A DNA stretch of 64,000 nucleotides from Centroscyllium fabricii (taxonomy: Eukaryota): NCBI GenBank assembly GCA_051313645.2, contig JBNRSN020000017.1:14446001-14510000 (forward strand), in the 5' to 3' direction. A program made the translations under genes and the position numbers. Each line of letters starts with the position of its first letter. The stretch's first letter is position 1. Positions 37,663 through 50,631 of this stretch are shown here, piece by piece. The notes under the pieces were generated by a model. The model was not told the origin of the DNA and ran no database searches. It saw nothing but the letters and a program-made list of their open reading frames with translations.

Positions 37663-38939
37663 GTATTTTAAATTAACGCTTACAGCTGTTAATAACAGTA
37701 GTTACTATAGGGTTGGTATTTGGACTTAATTTTCCAGTTAAAACCGTTGCTTCCTTCCCGTCCCTGACCAATGTCTAGTATTTTGGAATGGCTAGCCCAA
37801 TGGAAATTTTTTGCCAATTTTTTCCCCCTATGTTTTCCCTCTTGACTCTTGATGCAATACAACCCCATTGGAGTGGCAACCCTTCAATACTTCATCCAAA
37901 TAGCCATTATTCATGTGAGTGCTTAAATAGTGAGTGCTGGCAGGCTATTTGATTGCTGGAAACTCACTGCTAAGCTTGATCCTATCAGCACATGCCCCTC
38001 ACATGCACACTTTCAGCCAAAGTGCAAACACTGAATGATTTATTACCCCCCCCCTCCTTCGTCCCATGGCTCCAAGGCCAATCTTAACGCACCTACATCC
38101 ACTCTCGCTGAGGGCAGCTAACGCACGATCAGTTGGTCGGTTGCACCTGAGACCTTTGTGGTCTGGTTCAGCTACTCATTGATTTAGCTAGCTTGAGCCA
38201 TCGTGGGAGCTACTTTATCATGGGTATGAAAGCCTCTAACATGAGTTGCATCGGTCTTTCACATGTGAATGATTCCCCATTGTGCTGCTGTTTTTAATAT
38301 AGAGAGCTTGTCTTTTTTTAATTTTAGAAAGCTAAATGATTAAGAAATCTCTCGAGCTTTGAGATTTAGTGTGCTTTAATGGGTAAGCTGTGTTTAGATC
38401 AGTTTTGCTAGCTTTCTCATGCTGGTAACTATCAATTTTTAAAACAATTATGCACTCATTCTTAAAATGGTTAATGAATCAAACATCACTTTTTGCAGTT
38501 CATCCTATTTCCTTCCGTATTACAAGGATTTAATTTACTTGGATTCTATTTTCTTCCTGCAGTTTTCTCCTTTTCCTGTGTTTTATTCTCCACTGATTCC
38601 TTATTTTCATTGCTCTTCGGCCCAGTGTGCTTTCTGAAATTCTGGCATGTGCCCTTGTGTGTGTTAGTTCGGCTCCATATTGACACACATTCAGTCTGAG
38701 CCATACATGGCAATAATTTTCTTCTGCTTCGACAGTTTTCTGTAACGGTTGTCCCCATGTTGTGTGGGATGGTACTGCAGCCCTCTGCAGTCACACAAAG
38801 CTTACATCTGTTGCAAATACCTGAACCCCAAAGTTCAGCCAGTGTGTGTGTGTTTTTTTGTTGTTTAAACGGGGTGGGGAGGTGGGATGTCAAGTAGATT
38901 GTTGGTGGAAAGCCCAGGAGGCAGCACAGCAGGTTAGAT

Positions 38940-39301
38940 CAGGGGTCCCCAACCTTTTTGGGACCGCGGACCATTTTGGGCTTGTCAATTTTTTCACGGA
39001 CCGGGGGGGTGCTGGCGGAGGTTTTTTGGACTGACCGGGGGGGGGCGGTGATGGCGGATTTTTTTTGACTGACCGGGTGGGGGGGGGAGGTGCTGGCGGA
39101 GGTTTTTCACTGACGCGGGGGGGGGGTGCTGTCTTCCGTCTGTGACTCGTTAAACGTCTTCCGTCGGCGAATGATCTGCGCATGCGCCGATTCAGAGACC
39201 CTTCCGCGGACCGTCAGCGAATGATCTGCGCATGCGCCGATTCACAGACCCTTCCGCGGACCGGTAAAACTGTCCCGCAGACCGGCAGTTGGGGACCTCT
39301 G
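38940..39301. mobile_element. hAT (Charlie-like) MITE
   Basis: TIRs CAGGGGTCCCCAAC...GTTGGGGACCTCTG; exact 8-bp TSD GGTTAGAT. Confidence 0.92.
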
Positions 39302-39581
39302 GGTTAGATGGTATATTCTCTAATTCTGTTACTGTTGAAGTCCACAATGCTGAGATTGATGGAAATGCCAGTAGAAGGAGGTGATTCCCCTCGACTCCAC
39401 ACTTGTTCAAACGCAACTTGGCAACTGTTAGGTTACCAGCAGGGGAGGTGATCACGTGCGGTTTGATCCAGGCTTGGCTTTCCCTACCAGAGGTGGTGAT
39501 TATGTCCACTGTTTTCGAACTTTTTTTGTCCCCTTTTTATTTTCCTCCTTGCTTTTACTTCGCAGTTCCCTTTTGTATGCT

Positions 39582-40250
39582 GAAGGTAAGCATGCAGGTG
39601 CAGCAGGTGGTGAAGAAGGCAAATGGTATGTTGGCCTTCATAGCGAAAGGGTTTGAGTACAGGAACAAGGATGTCCTGCTGCAGTTGTACAGGGCCTTGG
39701 TGAGAGAGACCACACCTTGAGTACTGTGTGCAGTTTTGGTCGCCTTATCTGAGGAAGGATGTTCTTGCCATGGAAGGAGTTCAGCGAAGATTCACAAGGC
39801 TGATATGACATATGAGAAGAGATTGGGTCGATTGGGCTTATACTCGCTGGAGTTTAGAAGAATGAGGGGATCTCATCGAAACTTATAAAATTCTGACAGG
39901 ACTAGACAGACTAGATGCAGGAAGAATGTTCCCGATGGCGGGAGAGTCCAGAACCAGGGGTCACAGTCTAAGGATAAGGGGTAAGCCATTTAGGACAGAG
40001 ATGAGAAGGAATTTCTTCACCCAGAGAGTGGTGAACCTGTGGAATTTTCTACCACAGAAGGCAGTTGAGGCTAAGTCATTAAATATATTCAAGAAGGATT
40101 TGGATATATTTCTTAGAGCTAAAGGTATCAAGGGATATGGGGAGAAGGCAGGTATGGGGTACTGAGTTTGGATGATCAGCTATGATCTCATTGAATGGCA
40201 GAGCAGGCTCGAGGGGCCGAGTGGCCTACTCCTGCTCCTATCTTCTGTGT
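39582..40250 (+). mobile_element. CR1 LINE 3' end
   Basis: QVQQVVKKANGMLAFIAKGFEYRNK... and MFPMAGESRTRGH...GIKGYGEKAG; tail shared with the long-tail SINEs. Confidence 0.93.
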
Positions 40251-41265
40251 TGTAGACCTTTGCCCATAACCAGCTGGACTACATAACAGAGGTGGTAGTG
40301 TATAGCCCAAATCTCAATGTATGATATCTTCCCTGGCTAGCTTGTACTTTGTTTGAAGGTATTGGCATGTGTTCTTCACCCCAACCTCAGGTCAGTTGTA
40401 AGATGGTTAGCAAGCCTTTCTCTTGCTCAGCGTTAAGTCCAGTGCATCCACTTCTGTGGCTCGCATGGTGCGATGGGCAAGCACCCTGTCCTTCCCCCCT
40501 CTGCAATCTGAGTTTAAATCCAGCCCACTGACGGGATGAATGTTTCTTCTTACCCATCTGCAAAGGTCTTATGTGAAATTAATTCAAGTAATTTCAAACA
40601 CGGCTTTTTAGGGAAGAGTTGTGCAGCACAAACTGCTAATTGTGTTACTGTCTCACTCCTGTTGGATGTGGAAAAATTGAAGTGATGCAGTCGGACATGC
40701 TCCTGTGAAGTGTACACTAAAGGCCACTGCTGGGCTAGAGTTGAAAGTTTTTTTCCAAAGCACTAGCCAATGCTCAATAATGGGAATGAAAATGGCACTT
40801 CCCTCATCTGTTCGAGTGCCAAATAGTTTCTTGATTTCTATGAAATCCTTATAGTCACAGAATAATTTGTGCTATGTGCTTTGACCCATCTATCAAATTA
40901 AGTGAACAAGTATAGTGCGAATGCTTCAAGAGCACTCCTTGCTTATGTCCGCTTGGCTCAGATGGTAGCACTCTCCCCTCAGAGTCGGAAGGTTATGAGT
41001 TCACCCCTGCACTCAGGCTCGAACATAGAAACATAGAAAGATAGGAGCAGGAGTAGGCCATTCGGCCCTTCGAGCCTGCTCCGCCATTCAATGAGATCAT
41101 GGCTGATCTTTGGCTGAGATCATGGCTGAGAACCCGTAACCTAGGCTGACCGAGCAGTGCAGTATTGAAGTGCATTGTTGGAAGTACCTGTGACGAATAG
41201 GAGTTCTGTCACAATTCAAATGTTTAAGTCTATACATTTTTATTATCTATTTGAAATGTAGTTGG

Positions 41266-41493
41266 ACTGGGGTGGACAAATGTAAGAAGTCACACAACAC
41301 CAGGTTATAGTCCAACAGTTTTATTTGAAATCACAAGTTTTCGGAGTGCTGCTCCTTCCTCAGGTGAAGTGGAGAGATTCACATAAACACAGCATGTATA
41401 GTCAGAGAACAGTGCTAGATGATTACAGGTAATCTTTCCAACTGCCGCCCTTCACACCTCGGCAGAGGGACATTCACAGCAATCGCTTCTTAC
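41266..41493 (-). mobile_element. Penelope-like terminal repeat fragment with hammerhead-like motif
   Basis: Similar to the left arm of the 18202 element; minus-strand TCAC-CTGAGGA-AGGAG...CTCC-GAAA; flanked by duplicated ATTTGAAATGTAGTTGG (41249-41265, 41494-41510). Confidence 0.75.
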
Positions 41494-41749
41494 ATTTGAA
41501 ATGTAGTTGGTCACTCAAGCTTTGGTTACTACTGGTTTGTTCTTGCACATGCTGGAGAGGATGCATATGCAAAATGTCCCTTAAAAGGCATTGTTCTTAA
41601 GCAAATGATTTTCATTGCAAAACAAGCAGAAACTTCAACGCTGATTGCTTCATCCTAAAATCAGTCAAATTTAAGGGAAAATGTTTGGTAACCCATGAAG
41701 ATGTCCTGCAGTCTTTCAACTGGGTGGAAGTCATCACTTTAATTTGATG

Positions 41750-42235
41750 AGTGTTCAATTCCCTTCACGGCCTTGCCCCATCCGAGATCTCTCCCCTCCC
41801 CTCCCCTCCTCCAGCCAATGTTCCCTTTAAATTTTTTTGTGTGTGCGGCCCAATCAAAATACCGCGCATGCACGGTTTATCCTATTTAAAAGCCAGTGAG
41901 TCGACTGCGCAGGAGCTTTAAAGTGAATATTGCCTCCACCCCGACAGCTCTCCAAGGTCTCTGCGCTCCTCTAATTCTGGTCTTCTGTACACCCCCGATT
42001 GTCCTCACTCCACCATTGGCAGCTGTGCATTCAGCTGCCTGGGCTCCAAGCTTTGGAATAAACCTCTCCGCATCTCTACTTCTCATTCCTTGAAATCTAC
42101 CTCTTTGACCAAGCTTTTGCTCACCTGTCCTGATGTCTCATTATTTTGCTCAGTGTCAAATTCTGTCTGATAACGCTCCTGTCATGTGCCATGAGACATT
42201 TTCACTATATTATAGGCACTATATAAATACAAGTT
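41750..42235 (+). mobile_element. L2-clade LINE 3' fragment containing a short hAT MITE (41816..41932)
   Basis: L2-like tail (CTACCTCTTTGACCAAGCTTTT...CACTATATAAATACAAGTT); MITE CAATGTTCCCTTTAA...TTAAAGTGAATATTG with TSD CCTCCAGC/CCTCCACC. Confidence 0.7.
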
Positions 42236-42378
42236 TTGTTGAGTTTGGAAGACACCTTTTCTTTATTTCCCAGTTTTAAACTTGAGTACGAGAGGTATGT
42301 TCTTGATGGCGAACGTCCAATCATTCAGTTCGTCCATTGTGTGGAGGTGGCATGTAGAAACTCCGTGATAGATGAACT

Positions 42379-42640
42379 TGTGGTAAACCTGTAATACTGT
42401 TTACCACCATTGTTATACTGTGCTGTATATAGTTACCTCTTGTTCCACTGTATCTACCTGGGATGTCTCTGCCGGCTCCGCCCCCGGGCTCCACCCACAG
42501 GCTGTGGTATAAAGGTGGCAGCCCTGCTGACCCCTGACATTCCAGGAGCAGATCGTGTTGAGACCTGTACTCCAGTTCTTTTGTTAATAAAAGCCTCGAT
42601 TACCTAATTCTGTCGATTAGCTGTAATTGATCGTGTATCA
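42379..42640 (+). mobile_element. Solo LTR, related subfamily, 262 bp
   Basis: Starts TGTGGTAAACC and ends AATTGATCGTGTATCA like the 20984/24405 LTRs; TATAAA and AATAAA; 5-bp TSD GAACT. Confidence 0.85.
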
Positions 42641-43253
42641 GAACTCTCAACTGTAAGGGTTATATTATGGACACTGGTCCAGCCTTGGTATTACTAAGAG
42701 AGTTAGTGAAGTATCGTGCATTTTATTAATTTGTATTCAAAGAGGTGCACACTAAATGTTTTTTGTAACAAAATGAAAATTTGATGCATTGATTTTATGC
42801 TACTATTTAACCTTGCTTTTATTTTTTTTAAACCTGATTCAGTCAATAGCGTAAATCACACAGTTTGACTAGAGTATTGTATTCTCCTAGTCTTTGGATA
42901 ATGGAAGAACAAAGAGAGCTTGTGTCAATTCAGTAAATTATTACTGTAGTAAGGACTTCTGTTCAACCCATCGGCAACACTGCAGTGCCAGATATTGTGT
43001 GTATAAAGTCAGACTCTGGCTCATAGGGAATAAGGACTCGCAAATGGTTTTTGCAGTCGAGCAGTAACATCGCCATCCTTCAAATGAGATGATAAACGAA
43101 AGTGCTTGCCTGCCTATTTGGCTGCACATTAAAAATCCCACGGCACAGTTCAATGAAGTGCGCTGAATTCAATACCCTGGCCAACATATTTCCCTCAAAC
43201 AACACCCTTGATCAGCTGACCATTCATCTGCTGTGTTTGGGTCTTAATATACA

Positions 43254-43616
43254 CGGCACGGTGGCACAGTGGTTAGCATTGTTGCTTTACAGCACTAGAG
43301 ACCCGGGTTCAAATCCAGCCTCGGGTACTATCTGTGTGGAGTTTGCACATTCTCCCCGTGTCTGCGTGGGTTTCCTCCGGGTGCTCCGGTTTCCTCCCAC
43401 AGTCCAAAGATGTGCGGGTTAGGTTGATTGGCCAGGATAAATTGACCCTTAGTGTTAGGGGGATTGAATGTGTGGGGTTGCGGATATGTGTCGGTGCAGG
43501 CTCGAGAGGGATATGGGTACTGGGTTTGGATGATCAGCCATGATCTCATTGAATGGCGGAGCAGGCTCGAAGAGCTGAATGGCCTACTCCTGCTCCTATC
43601 TTCTATGTTTCTATGT
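43254..43616 (+). mobile_element. V-SINE (HE1-like), long tail, apparently nested in an old Deu-SINE-like remnant
   Basis: A/B boxes, V-domain, CR1 tail. Confidence 0.9.
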
Positions 43617-44392
43617 TTACACAAAGTGACCTATGTAACTGTCACTGCACTTCGAAGTGCTTTGTGTGAAATGCATGCTAGTTTTTTCTTTTTTCACCTT
43701 TTTCTGCCTATTAGTTGATTGTTTCACTGGCTATTCGCTTCCTAACCATTGTTGTTGAGAGAAAACTAGGGTGATTTATGTTAAGTTCAAAATATAGCGA
43801 CAGGAGCCTTAAAGGTTTTAATTTTGAGATGGCACTTAGGCAGAGCCCGGTCGTGTGTCTCAGCACCTTGTGTGCAATTAATTACTTTGAAGTGGAGTGA
43901 CTTTTTCCATGGAACTCGCTACTTTCCTCAGTCCTTCGCTACTTCCTGCAATGTGCAGGCTTTTGGAGCACAAGCTTGGCATTTCCCAACCAGTACATCA
44001 TGACTTAAATCCTTTTCTCCTACTCTTTCCAACCTCATTGCTGAGCCTTGGCTTCTTATCACTCACTATTCTTCAAGCCTGCTGGAGCAAATCGAAAATA
44101 AAAGTTTTCCAAATTTAATATCTGTTACCTTTGAGACTGGCAAGTAGGCAAGTGTAAGCATTTGAAAGGCAAATATGTGGAGGGGGCTAATTTCCATTTT
44201 GTTTTGGTTGTAGGCAGAATTCTCAAGTTGAAAGCAAGTAGCAAAAATATTACAGATTTTAATTTTCCCATCTGATTTGTTTTATTTATCTTTACCAGTG
44301 CTGTCAAAATTCCTTGTGGTTTTTTAGGAATTATAAAGAACAAAATGAGTAGGACCATGAAATTAATAGCAGACGGGGGAGTTCAGATGATG

Positions 44393-44744
44393 CACAGAAG
44401 ATAGGAGCAGGAGTCGGCCCTTCGAGCCTGCTCCGCCATTTTGATGTGATCATGGCTGATCATCCAAACCCAGCTCCCCCCTCCTACCCTCTCCCCATAT
44501 CCCCCGACACCCCCAACTCTACGAACTATATCTCACACGCATACTCATGGGCAATTTTTAGTATCTCCAATTCACCCAACCTGCATGTCTTTGGGTGGTG
44601 GGAGGAAACCGGAGGAAACCCACACGAACACGGGGAGAACATGCAAACTCCATGCAGAGTGGTCCCCGGGCCAAGCAGGATTCGAACCTAGGAGCTCCTT
44701 ATTGCGAGGCAGCAGTGCTAACCACTGCGCCACCGTGTCGTCCC
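44393..44744 (-). mobile_element. Divergent V-SINE
   Basis: tRNA-like head, partial V-domain, CR1 tail. Confidence 0.82.
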
Positions 44745-44884
44745 TAGATAGACCACTTTTGTGGTATGAAGTATGAATTTAATATTGTGTATTTTAACAT
44801 TTGTAATGTGATCTTCAAATTTGCCATAAAGCCTATTATTGCTCATAATTAATGGTGTGTTAAACCAATATCTCTTTTGCCCAG

Positions 44885-45009
44885 GTATCGACTGCAAACT
44901 GTGAAATCCTTGGCAGGTGTTAGCCTTATGTTGCGGTTATTGTGGGCATGCTTACGTTGGGATGACATGGCAGTTAAACCACCATCAGGAGTCAGCACTG
45001 CACGCACAG
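44885..45009 (+). CDS. BPTF: BPTF coding exon (YRLQTVKSLAGVSLMLRLLWACLRWDDMAVKPPSGVSTART)
   Basis: gcccag|G acceptor, CAG|gtatgg donor; conserved sequence. Confidence 0.97.
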
Positions 45010-45241
45010 GTATGGGAGGCACTAAAGCATCTGTGGTTGCGACTTAAATGTTGCATTCTTGAGTACTTTTGGTAAAAAGGATCTGTAACTGTTTGTGTTT
45101 GAGCACTATTCTGTTAGATACCACAAAATACAAGTCTTCGCATGTTCTTTACAACGCGGAAAATTTCCACTGTGGAGTTGCCTATGAATTTATATTTTAA
45201 AAAGTGATTAAAATATAATTTGCAGTAAGAAAGAGAAAGTA

Positions 45242-45565
45242 CAGGTACACAATCCCTTATCCGCAACTCCGAAAAGCTCCAAAAACCAAAGTTTTTCTTC
45301 AATTTATTTAAGAAAAAAATTATTTAAGCTGCAGCAGAAAAACACGTTCCTACCCCGATCTCGTGCTGTTGATGCCGTGCGGAGGGAAAAAACGGCCGGT
45401 CTCCCCCTGCAAACGGCCGGTATGCCGTTCCCCGACCGCGAGCTGGGCCGCAAACACGGAAATGCGCAAGCGATCTGCGCATGCGCACTGGGGCCAACTC
45501 TAAAAACCGTATTTATCCGAAACCCGCCCGGTCCCGAGGTTTTCGGATAAAGGGTTGTGTACCTG
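45242..45565. mobile_element. Tigger-like MITE (CAGGTACACAA TIR)
   Basis: TIRs CAGGTACACAATCCCTTATCCG...CGGATAAAGGGTTGTGTACCTG, TA flanks. Confidence 0.88.
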
Positions 45566-45610
45566 TACTTGCATTTAATAAACGCCTTTCAGGACATCCA
45601 AAAATATATT

Positions 45611-46323
45611 GGGCCAGAAATTAAGGTCCCAACGTGTGAGTACGCGCTGGGTACTCAACGCGTGGGCCCATCGGAAGTGGCGGTTTCTGGCATGCGCCGC
45701 GCATGCGCGCAAAACTGGCACTTCTGATGCCCTGAAAGAAGGGGTCAGGGATCGGAACGCGTGCGCGGCAGCGGGTTGTGATTTTTTTTCACAGCTTTTT
45801 ATCCGGGTAAGTATTAGAAAAAGATACGGCTGCTATTTTCCAGCGCAAAGACTGGTTTTCAGCAGGTAAGTGGTCATTTAATTCAATTTAAACATTTTTT
45901 TCCACAGGTTTTTCATTTTTAAATACTTTCAAGAAAGGTAAGTAGATTTTTAGCTCCGTTAAATACTTTAATTATTTTTTTCAAAATTTTAAATTTTTGT
46001 TTAAAACAGCTACTTTGTGTAATTGATAGTTATTTTTAAAAATGTGATGTTTTTAAAAAAATTATTTTAAGATGAGGTTTTGGGGTTGTAGTATTCATAA
46101 GTTTGACAGGTCTTCCTGTCAAACTTATGCATGGAGCACGTGACCCCGTGCGGAGCCTCACACTAACTGCGCCGTTCAGATCCAAGAGCACAGCGCGCCG
46201 GCAGTTCAGGAGAGCCCAACATCGGAATTTCATGCAGGTGCACAACTGAACGGCCGGCGCGGTAGGTAAGCGTGGGTTGGAGGCTTGCACTCGCGGGAAG
46301 CCTCCAACCCGAGTTTCTGGGCC
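45611..46323. mobile_element. Non-autonomous TIR element, possibly PIF/Harbinger-like
   Basis: Short TIRs GGGCCAGAAA...TTTCTGGGCC, GC-rich ends, AT-rich centre; architecture shared with 52679..53405. Confidence 0.55.
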
Positions 46324-47310
46324 ATAATGTCCCGTTCCTAATTAGTGGAATCTTGTTGAATGCTGTGTCAGCAAAAACAAAATTATATACGGTATCCCTA
46401 TTCATAAATAGTGTGGAATTCTGGATGTATGGAGTGACTTCTATGAGGATATTGATGAGAGAGATTCTAGGCAGTTTTACAGTGAGCTGCACAGAATTGT
46501 GATGTTTTTTCCCTTTCAAAAGTTATATCCCACTACAAATCAGTGAAACTTGCCAGGTCAGCATTACTGACTTTAAGACTTAAAGCAAAATTATATTTTT
46601 GCTATCATTTGAAACTTTCACATTTGAGATGTAGATTACTGCTGCTGCTTGTTTCTATAGTTCAAGTAAACTGGCACGTTTGACCAGAAGGCAGCTTCAA
46701 AGCCTCTGTTCGGGTTTAACTGGGTTCCCGTAAGATTGTGTTGTAGTTCAAATGCTTTTTTGGGGGGAATAACTGTCGGTATCATTATAGAGCAGTTCCA
46801 TTTTTTATTGATTGTGATGAGGACAAATATTCACTTTCACACCGGTTATCTTTGCACTTTGAGGGGCATATAAACAGAGTAAACCTTTAGAAATGAATGG
46901 GAAAATCAACAATTGCAAAAGGTGTTCATTATTATTCAAGAGCAGCCTGCTTTCATGCTGCCTCAGTGATTAAATACACCACACGGTGAGATGCTGAAAA
47001 TGTAGAAATCGGGAAGACCCCAGAATCAATCGCAGTGTGCACCAAATTAACTTCTCCGCTGGGACAGTAATCAGTGTGCTACATGTGTCCTTGGCATCCC
47101 TGGCTTGTAGATGAGGGAAGAGAAAGCAGCTCCTAGCCACTAAGAATTGTGCCTGTCAATAAATATGCACATATGAATGTCTGGAAGAACAGTACTGGGG
47201 TTTCCACAGTCCCGTTGCCCAGCAATATTCACAGTCTAGGTTGATACCTCACTCTATGGCCATTACTCATGTATCAGCGGGTTGACGTTGCCCAATTACA
47301 CTGTACCCAA

Positions 47311-47397
47311 GATGTGGAGGTGCCGGTGTTGGACTGGGGTGGACAAATGCAAGAAGTCACACAACACCAGATTGGACTATAATCTGGTGTTGTGTGA
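47311..47397. mobile_element. Miniature fold-back Penelope-like insertion
   Basis: Same leader as 18202, then a 19-bp hairpin; flanked by duplicated ACTGTACCCAA. Confidence 0.75.
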
Positions 47398-47686
47398 CTG
47401 TACCCAAAGAGCAAGGGTAAAAAAAAAATGAGGGGCCTAAATTTATTGAAATTACCAGCAGAGGCACTCGAGTCCTCTCTCATTCAGCCCATTTTTGGCA
47501 TTATTTTTAATAACCAAGTTAATTGCACAGAAGCATAAATGTAGTACAGAATAATATTTTTAATAATTTTATGTTGGGATTTTAAGTGGTGACCCTTGCT
47601 AGTTTACAATTAGGATATCCATCTAACACTTTGTAGACGATGGAAAAAAAATGAAGGATGAACTCACCCATATTCTAACTTTGCAG

Positions 47687-47815
47687 AAACTACAGAAACT
47701 GATATCACTACTACTGAGATTATCAAGCGAAGAGATGTTGGTCCTTATGGAATCCGTTCCGAATACTGCATTCGGAAAATTATCTGTCCTATTGGTGTTC
47801 CCGAAACCCCTAAAG
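47687..47815 (+). CDS. BPTF: BPTF coding exon (ETTETDITTTEIIKRRDVGPYGIRSEYCIRKIICPIGVPETPK)
   Basis: ttgcag|AA acceptor, AAG|gtagtg donor; 129 bp; conserved sequence. Confidence 0.97.
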
Positions 47816-49231
47816 GTAGTGTTCATCTCGTGAAAATTTTAAAATGGTATATAGGGTATTCTGCCTATGAAGATGTTGCTGGTTTTGTTTTAATTTTGGT
47901 GCAGAAACTCATTTCGCATCCCTTAGAAGAAGTTTGCTTTACTTAAATTTAAAACCTTGGTTTGAGACGCTCCCATTTCCCTCGAACCTAATATCAAATT
48001 CAATCATGTTATGGTCACTATATACATGATGATCCTTCACTGTCAGATTGATAACCAATTCTGGTTTGTTAATCGACACTAAATCTAGTATAGCCTGTTT
48101 CTTTGTCTGTTCTGAAACATAGTGTTCGAGAAAATTGCCCCAAGTAAATTGTAGGAATGTATTACATTTACTACTTGAGCTGTTCTGCTTCTTCCAGTCA
48201 ATGTGAAAATCAATATCTCACCTTGCAAACAAATTTATTTTGCTGCATGCTTCCTGATCTCCCTATTTATACATCCCGGCCCACTACATTACTACTACCA
48301 GGAGGTTTGTAAAAAGTGCTTCTTTGCTGTTCCTTAACTCTACCCATATTGTTTTCACTGCCTGAACACCCTTACTGGAACCCCTTCTTTCTACTTCAGT
48401 AATTGTGTATTTTATCAATATTGCTACTTCCCGCCCCCCCCCCTCTTTCCCAGTTTCCCTGCCCTTTTCTAAAAATCCAAACCCATGGATTGTTGGCTCC
48501 CAGCTTGTGGCCAGGTCTTCCGAATGCCTACAACATCATGCCCTTTAAGCTGAATTTGTGCTTGTCACTCACTTGTTTTATTTCTTATCCTATGTACATT
48601 TCTGTACAGAAGAACTTATTTGAGTAACTGTCTCCACCCTGCCCGTGGACTTCACTTGCACGTTTTGCCTTCATGTGTGGATTTTCCCCTGCCACCCCCT
48701 TAACTAGTTTAAATCCTTCCCCATTGTCCTATTTACCCTTTCCGTAGGGATAGTGAATTTTACCTTCCGTAGTGAATTTCTGCAATGCTGTACAAAATAA
48801 CTAGGTTACCTAGGATGCAGACCAACGCAGAGCTGGGCTACCATGCTTGTGGGAACCAAAGTTTTGAAAAATAACTGATGTTTTAACCTTTGCAGTTTCT
48901 ATTCAGTGCATTTTGGTAGCTCTTACCTGGGCCACTAGATGGGGATCCTTGTGCTTTTCGGATGCTTTACTTGGGGCGGGGGTGGATGGTGAGCCTCATT
49001 CTAACTCCGAGAGGATGTTACTTGTCAGCTGTTCGTGGAGAAGCATTTGCTGCCAATGATGCCTTGGTCACTTGGTTTAAGGAACATGTTGTAGGCAGAA
49101 ATAGAGCAAATATATGCGATAAAGATTGTGGAAGTTGTAACGATGGGTGTTTTTAAAAAACTATATAGAAGTTACTAATTGGTTAACATTTGAATGATTT
49201 TTGTCCTGTGTTTCCCTCCCTGCTTTTAAAG

Positions 49232-49382
49232 AAACTCCAACACCACAGAGGAAAGGTCTCCGATCTAGTGCTTTACGGCCAAAGAAGATTGAGGCCCCAA
49301 AGCAGACTGGTCCAGTTATAATTGAGACCTGGGTTCCAGAGGAAGAGCTGGATTTGTGGGAGATTCGCAGTTTTGCAGAGAG
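49232..49382 (+). CDS. BPTF: BPTF coding exon (ETPTPQRKGLRSSALRPKK...EEELDLWEIRSFAER)
   Basis: ttttaaag|AA acceptor, AG|gtagaa donor; conserved sequence. Confidence 0.96.
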
Positions 49383-49900
49383 GTAGAACAAACTTGGTTC
49401 ACATCTAGGTTTATTCAGTGAAAAATACAGTACAATCTTAGCACCTGGCCGACTTCCAGTAGAATACAGCTTATTTTCATTATGCTATTAAGTTTTATGT
49501 TTCTGTCGTGAATAGTTGGAAGGTTTGTTAGAAGTTGCAATATAGAGGCATTATTTTTGCACCACTTTGGATTTACTTGTATTTAATTAGTGTACGGCGA
49601 ATCTAAAACTAAGTTGGAAGTTTAGTATTTGAGACCTGGATAACGTTTCAAGTTCTAAACATATGCCTCCTAAATAGCATTGCAAAATGTAAAATTTGAT
49701 CTGAAATAAAGCTTCAGCGCAAAATGTTTTTGTAATTACAGTAGGTGCTCAAAACTGTTGTGTTTCAATTCCATGCATGCTGGTTTCTTGGAAACAAAAA
49801 GGAAATGGTTCTGTTGTAAAATATTTCAGAAATCATAGCTGGTATACCTACTAACTTTACTATAGAATCTGCAACAAAAGCTTCAGCTTAATGTCAATAT

Positions 49901-49967
49901 TTTTTTTATCCATTGATGGGATGTGGGCGTCGCTGGCTGGCTAGGTCTGCATTTAGTGCCCATCCCT
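49901..49967 (-). mobile_element. Very short LINE 3'-end insertion (RTE-like)
   Basis: Flanked by duplicated ATGTCAATATTT; T-run at its left end. Confidence 0.55.
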
Positions 49968-50631
49968 ATGTCAATATTTATAATCTGTAATGGGGGTGGG
50001 GAAGAAATTTCAACTTGCACAGAATTTGTAATGCTTGTCATTGGGCTCGTGATCTATTTTTGACACCGGTTTGACCAATATATGTTGTGATCGTAATTTT
50101 TAGGAAGATTTGTAGGATGTCAGTCTAACTAGGGTATATTCTTAAACTGCACAGTATTAATTGCTCACTAATGGGACATTGTGTTGGGCTCCAGGATACA
50201 CTTTGACTTGAGTAAAAGGGTAGACTTGATGAGAACATTAATAATGGATATTTTTTCAGGCTGCAGTTTAATTTATAATGCTTTATACGCAGATCATCGC
50301 AGCATTGGGAAAGAAAAGATTGTAAACAAGAATGGTGCAATTCACAATTGGAAGGGAAAATGCCCACGTCTTTATGGGTAACCCCCTTAAAATCAGTAGG
50401 AGTTTGTAATGTTGAGTAGAAATGCTGCTAATTAAGTCTTTACTCTTAGATAAAAGTCCTCCAAATGTATTGGGTACTTTGGGCAACAAAAGCACTGCTT
50501 CATATATTACATGTTCATTGAATAAAGTATGCGAAAATGGAAGCATTTGTTTTAAGGAAATGGGTGCATGTATCCAAAAGATGTGTAGGTAAATTGGATA
50601 GAGAAATCAATAAAAGTACATAGCAAGTGTT

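Noticed and set aside
34826-37729. Stand-alone 967-aa gene
   Set aside because: It is the giant internal BPTF exon (34860-37662) read through its splice sites.
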